A DNA stretch of 64,000 bases from assembly GCA_030748415.1 (NCBI GenBank), contig JASMMA010000004.1, forward strand, positions 150,501 to 214,500, in the 5' to 3' direction. This document shows positions 40,183 to 48,575 of this stretch, one piece after another. The notes under the pieces were generated by a model that was not told the origin of the DNA, did no database searches, and was given only the letters and a program-made list of their open reading frames with translations. The translations under genes were made by a program, and so were the position numbers. The stretch comes from Planctomycetota bacterium (GTDB lineage Bacteria > Planctomycetota > UBA1135). The first letter of the stretch is position 1; each line of letters begins with the position of its first letter.

Positions 40183-41900
40183 TTGTTGAGCATTTCGGCC
40201 AAAACTGTTCGCAAGTAAGCAACTCCATTGCGTACAGCGAACGGGTAGTGCTTGACGCTTTCGTCTAAGTATGCAGGAGCGCGGTCCGTTCGGTTGTACC
40301 GGAGAAGATCCAGCCGTGCGAGGTTTTCCCAGGCATCACCGATAGACATGTCGGTGTATTGCCAAACCTTGGGCTCAGATTCTCGGTCAATGGTTTGGAG
40401 CTTTTTAGTTCCAAGCTGAATGGTACGGTGTAGCTGTTCCTCGGCAAGATCAAGGTCGTGGTCGAAGTAGTAAACAGCAAGGAGGGCGTGGTCATTCAGA
40501 ATGTTGGGATCATTGGGAGCAAGTTCAACTGCCCGCCCATAGGCGTCCCAAGCTTCTTCTAAAAGAGCCATGACATCCTCGGGTGGAGTGCCTCGCTTGA
40601 TTTGCGGTTCGGCAATGTCTCGGCAGGCAAGCCCGAGGTTGTTCCACCACATAGCATCTTGGTCATGAGACTGCACAACTCGCTTTAGAATGGAGCGAGC
40701 TCTTCGCATGTCGCGCTTTTGGAAAGCATCTCCAACCACGGCTTCAATGCCAAGCCGCAAAGTCGCCGCAGATGCTTCGGGTTCTAGGCGAGAGGGTGCG
40801 GCTTCAAGGGCGGCTAGAAAGGCTTGAGCTGCATCATCAACTCGACCCTCTTCCCAAAGCGCCCACCCCCGAGCAGTACGAACAAGGTGCAGCCATTGGT
40901 CGCAAGAATCCGCGAACTCTGGGCGGAGTGTTCGTGCTTGAAGGAAGCATTCTTCAGCACGATCAATTGATTCATAAGCAGCAAGGTAATCTTGGCCAAC
41001 CCGTGCGGAAGTTTGGTGGCCGAAGCGCGCTTCTCCTAAATACCAAAGGATGAAGCCATTGCCCGGAACTTCGTTTCGAACCAGCTCAAGGGACTGCACC
41101 AATTTCGCAGGGTCGTTGGAGTGAATGTTTTTCAGGCGACCTAATGCTTCAGAGTCTTCGGGCACTTTAGAAAGATAAGAAATCAAAACTTGGCTGGCTT
41201 GAGTATGCAAACCTTGCCAGGCATAAAGGTCACTCAGAAGTGTTGCGGACCCGGGCACTCCTTCCTTTGTTAATGGTTGAAGCCATTCACTTGTGGTGGT
41301 AGCAGCAGCAGGCGAACCTTTACCAGCTTGGATGGTTTCAATTGTGAGCGCCAAACCTGCGCGTCCAAACTCTAGCTTAGATTGAAAAGTTAATGCTTCT
41401 GCGTTTTGATTTGCTCCCTCCAGAGCGCAATCCCATGCTCGTTGATATTCACCAGCGTTTCGATATGCAGAAGTCGCAGCTACCCAAAGTTGCTGGCTTG
41501 GCTGAAGTGCTGCCGCTTTTTCAAAAGCACGACCGGCATCCAATTGAAGCCCTTGAAGCAATAAGCCATCGGATTCGCCCTGAGCAATACGCTCTTCAAA
41601 AAATGCGAGGTTGGTATCGCCAACGAGGCTCCAGAAAGTCGCCGATTCTGCTTGGGCTACAGAGGCCTCGTCAAAGCGGTTGAGGGCGGTATTCCAGTCT
41701 CCGCGGAGTTTTGCAGCTTGACCAAGGAGGTAGGGGTCTTCGGAAGCGGGGGCAGATTCAGTTTGGGAAGTAGGTGTGGAGCCTAAAGGGGGCTCAGAAT
41801 CACCCCCTGGGAGGGCACAGGCAGAGAAAATTCCCCCAAAAAGGGGAATCAGCAACATTGCTCGAATTTCAGGGGAGAAAAGAAGGGCCATCGGCGTCAT
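40179..41900 (-). CDS. TPR-repeat lipoprotein
   Basis: Starting at 41900 gives MTPMALLFSPEIRAMLLIPLFGGIFSAC|A, which contains a lipobox. The track ORF extends to 42347, but that extension is antisense to the neighbouring gene and reads the Gly tract as poly-Pro. Confidence 0.6.
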   Translation of the reverse strand: MTPMALLFSPEIRAMLLIPLFGGIFSACALPGGDSEPPLGSTPTSQTESAPASEDPYLLGQAAKLRGDWNTALNRFDEASVAQAESATFWSLVGDTNLAFFEERIAQGESDGLLLQGLQLDAGRAFEKAAALQPSQQLWVAATSAYRNAGEYQRAWDCALEGANQNAEALTFQSKLEFGRAGLALTIETIQAGKGSPAAATTTSEWLQPLTKEGVPGSATLLSDLYAWQGLHTQASQVLISYLSKVPEDSEALGRLKNIHSNDPAKLVQSLELVRNEVPGNGFILWYLGEARFGHQTSARVGQDYLAAYESIDRAEECFLQARTLRPEFADSCDQWLHLVRTARGWALWEEGRVDDAAQAFLAALEAAPSRLEPEASAATLRLGIEAVVGDAFQKRDMRRARSILKRVVQSHDQDAMWWNNLGLACRDIAEPQIKRGTPPEDVMALLEEAWDAYGRAVELAPNDPNILNDHALLAVYYFDHDLDLAEEQLHRTIQLGTKKLQTIDRESEPKVWQYTDMSIGDAWENLARLDLLRYNRTDRAPAYLDESVKHYPFAVRNGVAYLRTVLAEMLNK

Positions 41901-41913
41901 TATAGGTAGAGAG

Positions 41914-44781
41914 ATGACCCGTAACGCCCCCTTGCCCGCCCCCCGCATATTCTTGCTTCCTCTATCTGTGGGAATCAGTTTGGTGTTGGCCGTGGCATGC
42001 ACGACCGAGAACGCCGGCGGCTTATTCGGCGGAGGTGGCGGCGGAGGTGGCGGCGGAGGTGGAGGAACCCCTCCTGGTCCGGCCGTCCCGCCAATCGAGG
42101 GTTCCATCAAATCGGATTCCACTTTGCGCGCCACCCATATTTTTCCTTCTTCTGGGAGTACAGGGCTGGATGTTAAAACACCCATCGCAGTCTGGTTTTC
42201 TGAAAGTGTCAACTTCTCGACCGTGACTTCGAGTTCCCTTGCTGTTCGACCTGAGGGCAGTGCGGGTTCTGTGACTTGGACCGCGTTGGGTTTTTCAGGG
42301 GACCGTGGAATCATTCTCGCGCCCGTTACGGATTTGCTGGTTGACACAACTTATGAAATCTTCGCCACTGAAGATATCACCGATTTGGATGGCGAGCGCT
42401 TAGATCCGGGGACCACGGGTGTGCTGGGTACTTTTACAACGGCTTCGGCTCTAACAGGAATTGCTCCACAAATATTGGGGAGCTTTCCGCCTAGTGGTTC
42501 TGAGAATGAACCCAATACTTATTCTGCAACTTTGATTTTTTCAAAGCCGATGGACTTTGTTGGGATGTCCTCTGCGACAACCTGGGAAGCCGATGGTGTT
42601 CCTGTTTCTGCAAGTCCTCCTGTTGGTTACTTCGCACCCACGGGGACGGCCTATCGAGTCGTTGAGTTTCCTCACATTTCGGCAGGAAGTGATTTGGGAG
42701 TCACAATGACATTGAATGTTGCGGACACCCTTACGGATGTCGAGTTTTCCCCACAGAACTTGCAAGCACCTCTTAGTTCGAGTTGGACCACTCTCAACTT
42801 TGGCTCCCCAACGGGCATCGATATTTTTGGTGAGCCTGCGGTCAACTTGTCGAATTTGTCCAGCTTTCCGACCCAAACCACTTTAGCTTCCACCATTTTG
42901 GCGGGGGATACGGTGGAACTTGAGATTTGGGAGACCTGGGGTGGTGATTCGGTTGAAAATACCGCTACGACCACCGAGGACGGGCCAACCACCGTCCTTT
43001 ACTTTACGGATTTGACTGACCCTGAAGAGAGCGGTTCACCTTTTCTAACCGACGGGCCACTTTATTTAGCCTCTTATGTTGAACGCGGTGCTCTTCGTTC
43101 TGCAATACATGTAACAGGTTCATTTCATCAGGACACCCTTCGCCCGAGCCTGTCCGAATTTGGCCCTCCCGCGGATTCCAGCCCGAGTCGTTTCCGCACA
43201 GACTTACCAGAAATTCGTCCCTATGGCTACGCAACGGAGCCTATTCAATCCGTGGATGTCGGGGGTGATGTCCGAACAGGCGTGGGGAGCAGCGTGGCAA
43301 GTTTTTTCATTGGGCATGCTTTCAATCCAGGTCCGCCTGACGGAACCGAAGTATTGTTTGACTTGTCGCTCACGGATTTAGCGAACAATCCTATGGAGAG
43401 TTCCATTCAAGGTAGGGCCGTTCGCCGCGGATTCGTAGGTGTTGACCCAGCTCTAGGGGGGGTCACCGTTGAATGTTTCAATAAGCGTTCTTTGAATCCC
43501 ATTTCTGGGGCCACGGTTTACATACAAGACGCGGGCGGGGGTAGCCTTTTAGAGGATTCTGCAACTACCGGATCAGGTGGCACAGTGTCCTTTGATGACA
43601 GCGTTTTAACTGGCTCGCGAAACGGTCCACAAACGATTACTGTAATCCACCCCAATTTTCACGCAGTAACTCTGGTTGGAGTGGATGCATCTTTGGTTTC
43701 GCTTCCCCTTCGAGAAAAGTCAGCACCTTCCGAATCCCTTTCGCTTACGGTTTCAGGTCAAACATCGGGCCTTCTTCGGGTTGCCACACCACTATTGGGT
43801 GAGACTTCTACCAAATCAGAGCCCGACTTCATGTTGGATTTTGATTTAGACCAAGCATTTAGCAGTTTGACTGTTTTACCCGATCGCCCGGCTTGGTTTT
43901 CCGCGTTCTACGAAGTGGATAGCCACGCAGGCGGGGGAGCCCAACCCTACTTCGATTTGTACGCCATCGAGCCCCGTGTTTTAGTGGATGCTCCCGACTC
44001 ATCTCGAAGTTCTCTCGCTAACCCTCTTCTAGGTCTTCTTCCAAGTACAAACTCATCTCTCCCTGGCTCGGAAGAATATCTTTTTGAAATCCAGTCCATG
44101 GCCTCCGGTGGCGGGTTTAGTGGACTAACAGAAAGAACAGCCATCACCCTTTCACCTTTGCCTGGGCTTGCAGGCCCAGCCATAACAGGGGTAGGGGGGC
44201 TAAACGGGCTGAACGCTTCAGTGGAACTTGAGCAAGCTCTCCAAACTTTGGCCGAAGCTGAGGGCGGTCTTCCCGGCAAGACCATTCTTCAAGTTTATGC
44301 TGAGGACGCCGACGGAGACCGAATTATTGGGCGTGTTGGGATTGATGTGGTTTCAAATCCACCTGCCCTGCCTTCGCTGACCCTGCCCGGGGTTCCGACC
44401 CCAGCCGCCCCGACTGGGCTAAGCTGGCCCAACATCACGCTCAATTTCACGGATGTGCTGACTGGTGAAGGGGACTGGAACCGGCTTCTATTGGTTGATG
44501 ACTCCCTCAGCCCAACGGAATGGGACATTTGGGTCCCTGCCGATTCGGATTCTGTAGCTGATTCCGTTATCCTTCCAACTCTGGCTCCCGCCTCTGGTTC
44601 GGCCTCAGATGCACCTCCCTTGGCCTTTGGTTCTGGAGAACTCTGGACCCTCCAGGTGGAAGCCTTCGACTTGCCTGATGCGACCTTTACAAGTCCTTCT
44701 GGCATCTTTTTCGCGCAGCTCCTTCGGGACTGCATGGGATGGGCTCTCACCATCCCGAGTACCGGCTTCGAAGTCCAATGA
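41914..44781 (+). CDS. large surface lipoprotein with poly-Gly linker and Ig-like (SbsA/Big-type) repeats
   Basis: The ATG at 41914 gives MTRNAPLPAPRIFLLPLSVGISLVLAVAC|T, which contains a lipobox. A run of 13 Gly follows, then repeated modules of the form P..GS..V....I.V.FSE.V..STV. Confidence 0.55.
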   Translation: MTRNAPLPAPRIFLLPLSVGISLVLAVACTTENAGGLFGGGGGGGGGGGGGTPPGPAVPPIEGSIKSDSTLRATHIFPSSGSTGLDVKTPIAVWFSESVNFSTVTSSSLAVRPEGSAGSVTWTALGFSGDRGIILAPVTDLLVDTTYEIFATEDITDLDGERLDPGTTGVLGTFTTASALTGIAPQILGSFPPSGSENEPNTYSATLIFSKPMDFVGMSSATTWEADGVPVSASPPVGYFAPTGTAYRVVEFPHISAGSDLGVTMTLNVADTLTDVEFSPQNLQAPLSSSWTTLNFGSPTGIDIFGEPAVNLSNLSSFPTQTTLASTILAGDTVELEIWETWGGDSVENTATTTEDGPTTVLYFTDLTDPEESGSPFLTDGPLYLASYVERGALRSAIHVTGSFHQDTLRPSLSEFGPPADSSPSRFRTDLPEIRPYGYATEPIQSVDVGGDVRTGVGSSVASFFIGHAFNPGPPDGTEVLFDLSLTDLANNPMESSIQGRAVRRGFVGVDPALGGVTVECFNKRSLNPISGATVYIQDAGGGSLLEDSATTGSGGTVSFDDSVLTGSRNGPQTITVIHPNFHAVTLVGVDASLVSLPLREKSAPSESLSLTVSGQTSGLLRVATPLLGETSTKSEPDFMLDFDLDQAFSSLTVLPDRPAWFSAFYEVDSHAGGGAQPYFDLYAIEPRVLVDAPDSSRSSLANPLLGLLPSTNSSLPGSEEYLFEIQSMASGGGFSGLTERTAITLSPLPGLAGPAITGVGGLNGLNASVELEQALQTLAEAEGGLPGKTILQVYAEDADGDRIIGRVGIDVVSNPPALPSLTLPGVPTPAAPTGLSWPNITLNFTDVLTGEGDWNRLLLVDDSLSPTEWDIWVPADSDSVADSVILPTLAPASGSASDAPPLAFGSGELWTLQVEAFDLPDATFTSPSGIFFAQLLRDCMGWALTIPSTGFEVQ
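42028..42066 (+). repeat. GGN codon tract (13 consecutive Gly codons, about 12-bp periodicity)
   Basis: The tract ggcggaggtggcggcggaggtggcggcggaggtggagga lies inside the lipoprotein linker. Confidence 0.8.
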
Positions 44782-45359
44782 ACCACTCCATACTTCCCCT
44801 CAGCCTTCTTCTCCTTTTCGCCGCCTGCACTGTTAATGAAAACGGTCAACTCGACCTGACTCGTTCTCCAAACTTGCCCGTGAACGAAACGGATTCCTAC
44901 GCGAACTTGTATTCGCAAAACTTTCCTGCTGAACTTGCGGTTCTTCCCCCTATTGATGAATCTCTTTCCTCTCTTGCACCCAAGGGAGAAATCAGGGAAG
45001 CAATTCGAACTTTCTTGCTCGATCGGAATTACTCGGTTCTTTCCAACGATTACCTGGACCGCAACTACAAAGCTGTAGAGGCTTCAACATTCTCCATGGA
45101 CAAGACTGGCGCAGTTGAATTGCTCATTCATTTTTGGGATGAGCGAAAAGCCCGTGCTGGCGGCGTACTCACTTACGACATTGAAGCAACTTTCTACGGC
45201 GAAAAAGGTGTTGTGCTTGCAAACCTTCGCTCTGCTCGCCAAACAAAACTATCTCCAGGTGAACTCTCCGCAAACCCTCCACAAGTGCGGTATTTAAAAC
45301 TGCTCCGCCACGTGGCCTCTTCTCTCCTGAACGAAGTCCCAAGCCCACCCCGACTTTGA
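44778..45359 (+). CDS. lipoprotein, unknown function
   Basis: The ATG at 44778 overlaps the upstream stop (ATGA) and gives MNHSILPLSLLLLFAAC|T, which contains a lipobox. Confidence 0.5.
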   Translation: MNHSILPLSLLLLFAACTVNENGQLDLTRSPNLPVNETDSYANLYSQNFPAELAVLPPIDESLSSLAPKGEIREAIRTFLLDRNYSVLSNDYLDRNYKAVEASTFSMDKTGAVELLIHFWDERKARAGGVLTYDIEATFYGEKGVVLANLRSARQTKLSPGELSANPPQVRYLKLLRHVASSLLNEVPSPPRL

Positions 45360-45490
45360 CTCGGAGTCAAATCGTTGCATTTTGCAACGCAACCGCTGAG
45401 GCCACTTTCCTGAGCTCACTGCACGAGGGAATCCGTTGCGCTCCCACAACACGCAAGTACCCAGAACAGAAGAGCCCCACAGCACGCAAG

Positions 45491-45563
45491 GGCCCAGAAA
45501 AAGGCGCAGAGATAGGTTTTTTGTGGCACAATAGTATCTCACTTGGCCCTTTTTCTGGGCCCT
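45491..45563. repeat. 15-bp perfect inverted repeat with 43-nt spacer
   Basis: gggcccagaaaaagg (45491-45505) pairs with cctttttctgggccc (45549-45563). The structure ends 12 nt before the target-gene ATG. Confidence 0.85.
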
Positions 45564-45575
45564 GAATAGATACCC

Positions 45576-46811
45576 ATGAAAAACCCCCTCCTCCTGACCC
45601 TTTCTCTTTTTGCAGTAGCAGCTCTTTCAAGCCCTGCATTCTCCCAAGCTACCCTCAGCGTGGACCCTGTTTATGAAGGTGGCACCGCCACCATGCACAT
45701 TACTGGAGGCTCCTCCAAATCAGCCATGATTATGTGCTACTCCTTTACTGGTGCAGGTCCTACCAGCTCGCCAAATGGCTTGGTCGTAGATCTTTCAATC
45801 CCAATTAAGCAAATGCAGCCCATCCAGTTGGACCGTACGGGCGCCGGGCAACTTGGCCCCCGTGCCATACCAGATACGATGCTGGTCGGCGACAGCGTGT
45901 GGGTCCAAGGTGTGGAAGTGGTTTTGGCAGGTAGTGTGTGGGGTATCCCCACCAACATGGTGCCGGTAACGGTGGAAAAAGAGCCCGGCCCCGACATGGT
46001 GTTTGTTTCAGGCGGCACCTTCGACATGGGCGACCACCACAATGTGGGGTGGCCACAAGAACAACCCGTCCACTCAGTAACCTTGGACTCGTTCTACATG
46101 GACCAATACGAGGTGACGAATCAGAAATTTGCCGACTACTTAAACTCGGCATATGCGCAAGGTACTGTGACAGTTTCAGGAAGCAGTGTTTACCAAGTCG
46201 GAGGAAGTGCTAATGAAATTTGTTACCTGTCTAATGGACTGACCTGGAATGGGAGTAGTTTTCAGATTGACAGTGGCAAAACAAATCATCCAGCGGTTTA
46301 CATGACTTGGTACGGCGCCTGCCACTATGCCAACTGGCGAAGTAGCGAAGATAATTTTACCCCGTGCTACGACGAAACGACATGGGATTGTGATTTCCAA
46401 GCCGACGGTTATCGCTTACCCACCGAAGCCGAATGGGAATACGCCGCTCGCGGTGGGGCGCATAACCCTTACTACCAATATCCTTGGAACCGCAATGACA
46501 TTAACTCGGGTGATGCTCAATATGGTGGTGGTGGCACAGTCGATGTCGGCAACTACGCTCCCAACGGTTACGGTCTCTACGACACTTCTGGCAATGTCTG
46601 GGAGTGGTGCAACGATTGGTACGACGGCAACTACTACTCCTACTCACCTAGCAGCAACCCCACTGGCCCTAGTAGTAGCTCGCACCGCGTGATACGGGGC
46701 GGTGGCTGCACCAATTCTGCTATCTCCCTGCGTTCGGCGTATCGGTTCAACTACTACCCGTCGGACCGCGCCAGAAGCCTCGGCTTGCGCTTGCTTGCAG
46801 TTTCTTTCTGA
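45576..46811 (+). CDS. DGR target protein: secreted FGE-sulfatase / C-type-lectin-fold protein with C-terminal variable region
   Basis: The signal peptide is MKNPLLLTLSLFAVAALSSPAFSQA. FGE-domain motifs are present (GGTFDMG, YEVTNQKF, YRLPTEAEWEYAARGG, GNVWEWCNDWY). The last 45 codons form the VR. Confidence 0.9.
   Translation: MKNPLLLTLSLFAVAALSSPAFSQATLSVDPVYEGGTATMHITGGSSKSAMIMCYSFTGAGPTSSPNGLVVDLSIPIKQMQPIQLDRTGAGQLGPRAIPDTMLVGDSVWVQGVEVVLAGSVWGIPTNMVPVTVEKEPGPDMVFVSGGTFDMGDHHNVGWPQEQPVHSVTLDSFYMDQYEVTNQKFADYLNSAYAQGTVTVSGSSVYQVGGSANEICYLSNGLTWNGSSFQIDSGKTNHPAVYMTWYGACHYANWRSSEDNFTPCYDETTWDCDFQADGYRLPTEAEWEYAARGGAHNPYYQYPWNRNDINSGDAQYGGGGTVDVGNYAPNGYGLYDTSGNVWEWCNDWYDGNYYSYSPSSNPTGPSSSSHRVIRGGGCTNSAISLRSAYRFNYYPSDRARSLGLRLLAVSF
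46677..46800 (+). repeat. DGR variable repeat (VR)
   Basis: This 124 bp aligns without gaps to TR 48378-48501. There are 19 mismatches, 17 of them at TR adenines. The 3' 19 nt (ggcttgcgcttgcttgcag) are identical in both (IMH-like). Confidence 0.9.
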
Positions 46812-46931
46812 GCTCAAGAACCAGTCATGAGCGGAGGCAGAGCGGGAATATGGTGTGGGGCGTGCGGAGCCGCCCCCGAGCGGAGCGAGAACCATTCCCA
46901 CTCCTGCCGTAGCGAATCAGAAAAATAAGTC

Positions 46932-47399
46932 ATGCAGTTTTACATTTTTTCCGTTCCTGCCCATGGGGATCCTCAAGCCATGGAGGAACTCAATCATTTT
47001 CTGCGCGCCAATCGGGTGGTTGATGTGCGCAAAGAATTGGTTAACCACGGCAATAACCCCACTTGGACCTTTTGCGTGGAGTGCCTTGAGCATGCCCCGA
47101 ATGTAGTGAAAAACCCAAAAGCAAAAGAGTCCAAAATTGATTACAAAGATGTATTGAACGCCGAGGATTTTTCCCTTTTTCAAAAATTGCGTGAGAAACG
47201 GAAGCAACTTGCCCTGAAAGATGGGTCCCCAGTTTGGTCGGTGGCGAATAATGCGCATATAGCAGCCATGGCACAGGCGCGTTGCCAAAGTAAAGCTGAA
47301 CTTTTGAAAATCGATGGCTTTGGCGAGTCCAAGGTGGACAAACACGGCCAAGCCTTTCTGGAATTAATTAAAAATGAAAAGAGCGGGAAAGCTGATTGA
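46932..47399 (+). CDS. DGR accessory protein, HRDC-domain type
   Basis: The C-terminal half (FSLFQKLREKRKQLALKDGSPVWSVANNAHIAAMAQARCQSKAELLKIDGFGESKVDKHGQAFLELI) fits the HRDC pattern. The gene overlaps the RT start by 26 nt. Confidence 0.8.
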   Translation: MQFYIFSVPAHGDPQAMEELNHFLRANRVVDVRKELVNHGNNPTWTFCVECLEHAPNVVKNPKAKESKIDYKDVLNAEDFSLFQKLREKRKQLALKDGSPVWSVANNAHIAAMAQARCQSKAELLKIDGFGESKVDKHGQAFLELIKNEKSGKAD

Positions 47400-48378
47400 A
47401 AAAATTGCCTCGTATGACAACCTTCGTTTAGCTTTTCATCTCGCCTGTCGCGGGCGGCGTATGAAACGCGAAGTCTTAAATTTTCGAGATAACTTAGATA
47501 TTGAATTGAGGGCTTTGTCTAAGGAACTCCTCGCTGGCGAAGTTAATTGGGGAGAGTATTTTAGTTTTGTAGTGCGCGACCCCAAAGTTCGCACGATTTA
47601 TGCGGCTCCATTCCGTTCGCATGTAGCCCATCACGCCATGATAAATGTATGTGGGCCAGTATTTGAACGATATCAAATTGAGGAAAGCTATGCCTGCCGA
47701 AAGGGAAAGGGCTTAGACGGTGCCCTGAATCGTGCTCGCCGTTTTGCGCGAAGTTCAAAGTGGTACTTGCAAATGGACATCCGCAAATATTTTAATTCCA
47801 TCGACCATCAGGTTTTGTTTGCCTTGCTCGAGAGGCGGTTCAAAGATCCGATAGTGTTGAATCTGTTTTCTGAAATTTTGGACACTTACCATCACACTTT
47901 GGGGAAGGGTGTTCCAATCGGAAATCTAACTAGCCAGTATTTTGCCAATCATTATTTGGCGCCTTGTGACCATTTCCTGAAAGAACAACTGCGGCAAAAG
48001 AAAGTAGTTCGTTATATGGATGACTTTGTGGTGTGGAGCGATTGCAAGGACGATTTGCTGAAAGTTCGCGAGGCAGTTAGTGAGTACTTGTCCGAGCATT
48101 TGGCTTTGGACTTGAAATACGCCCGCTTGAACAGAATGAGCAAAGGGCTGACTTTTTTAGGCTATCGCCTGTTCCCCAATCGTATCGGTTTGTCCCGTAG
48201 AACCCGCGACCGATTCAGGAGAAAGAGCCGAAAATTGGTTGAGGAATTCCATTCCGGAACGATTTCAGAACAGGATTTGGTGGCCCATCTCGACCCAATG
48301 TTAGATTTTGTGCGTCGTGGCGGATCTTTCAGATTCCGCCAGCGGTGTTTGTTAGAATTGGAGCGGGCAAACCCATAA
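47374..48378 (+). CDS. DGR-type reverse transcriptase
   Basis: RT motifs are present, including the DGR-specific IGNLTSQYFANHYL (I/LGxxxSQ) and the catalytic YMDDFV. At 334 aa its size is typical of DGR RTs. Confidence 0.95.
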   Translation: MKRAGKLIEKIASYDNLRLAFHLACRGRRMKREVLNFRDNLDIELRALSKELLAGEVNWGEYFSFVVRDPKVRTIYAAPFRSHVAHHAMINVCGPVFERYQIEESYACRKGKGLDGALNRARRFARSSKWYLQMDIRKYFNSIDHQVLFALLERRFKDPIVLNLFSEILDTYHHTLGKGVPIGNLTSQYFANHYLAPCDHFLKEQLRQKKVVRYMDDFVVWSDCKDDLLKVREAVSEYLSEHLALDLKYARLNRMSKGLTFLGYRLFPNRIGLSRRTRDRFRRKSRKLVEEFHSGTISEQDLVAHLDPMLDFVRRGGSFRFRQRCLLELERANP

Positions 48379-48501
48379 GCTCGAACCGCGTGATACGGGG
48401 CGGTAGCTGGAACAATTCTGCTATCAACCTGCGTTCGGCGAATCGGAACAACAACAACCCGACGAACCGCAACAACAACATCGGCTTGCGCTTGCTTGCA
48501 G
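48378..48501 (+). repeat. DGR template repeat (TR)
   Basis: It starts on the last base of the RT stop codon. Read in the VR frame it encodes SSNRVIRGGSWNNSAINLRSANRNNNNPTNRNNNIGLRLLA, with 13 AAC/AAT codons. Confidence 0.9.
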
Positions 48502-48575
48502 CTCAGAGTTGTGCCGGATAGCCAACTAGGAACAGGGTCTTGTCCGGCCCCTTTTCGAGGGCAAATCTGTTTTTG

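Noticed and set aside
41901-42347. The track ORF gives the TPR gene a 149-codon N-terminal extension that includes a poly-Pro run.
   Set aside because: The extension is antisense to the 5' end of the Ig-like lipoprotein gene, and the poly-Pro run is just the complement of its Gly tract. An internal Met at 41900 gives a proper lipoprotein signal peptide.
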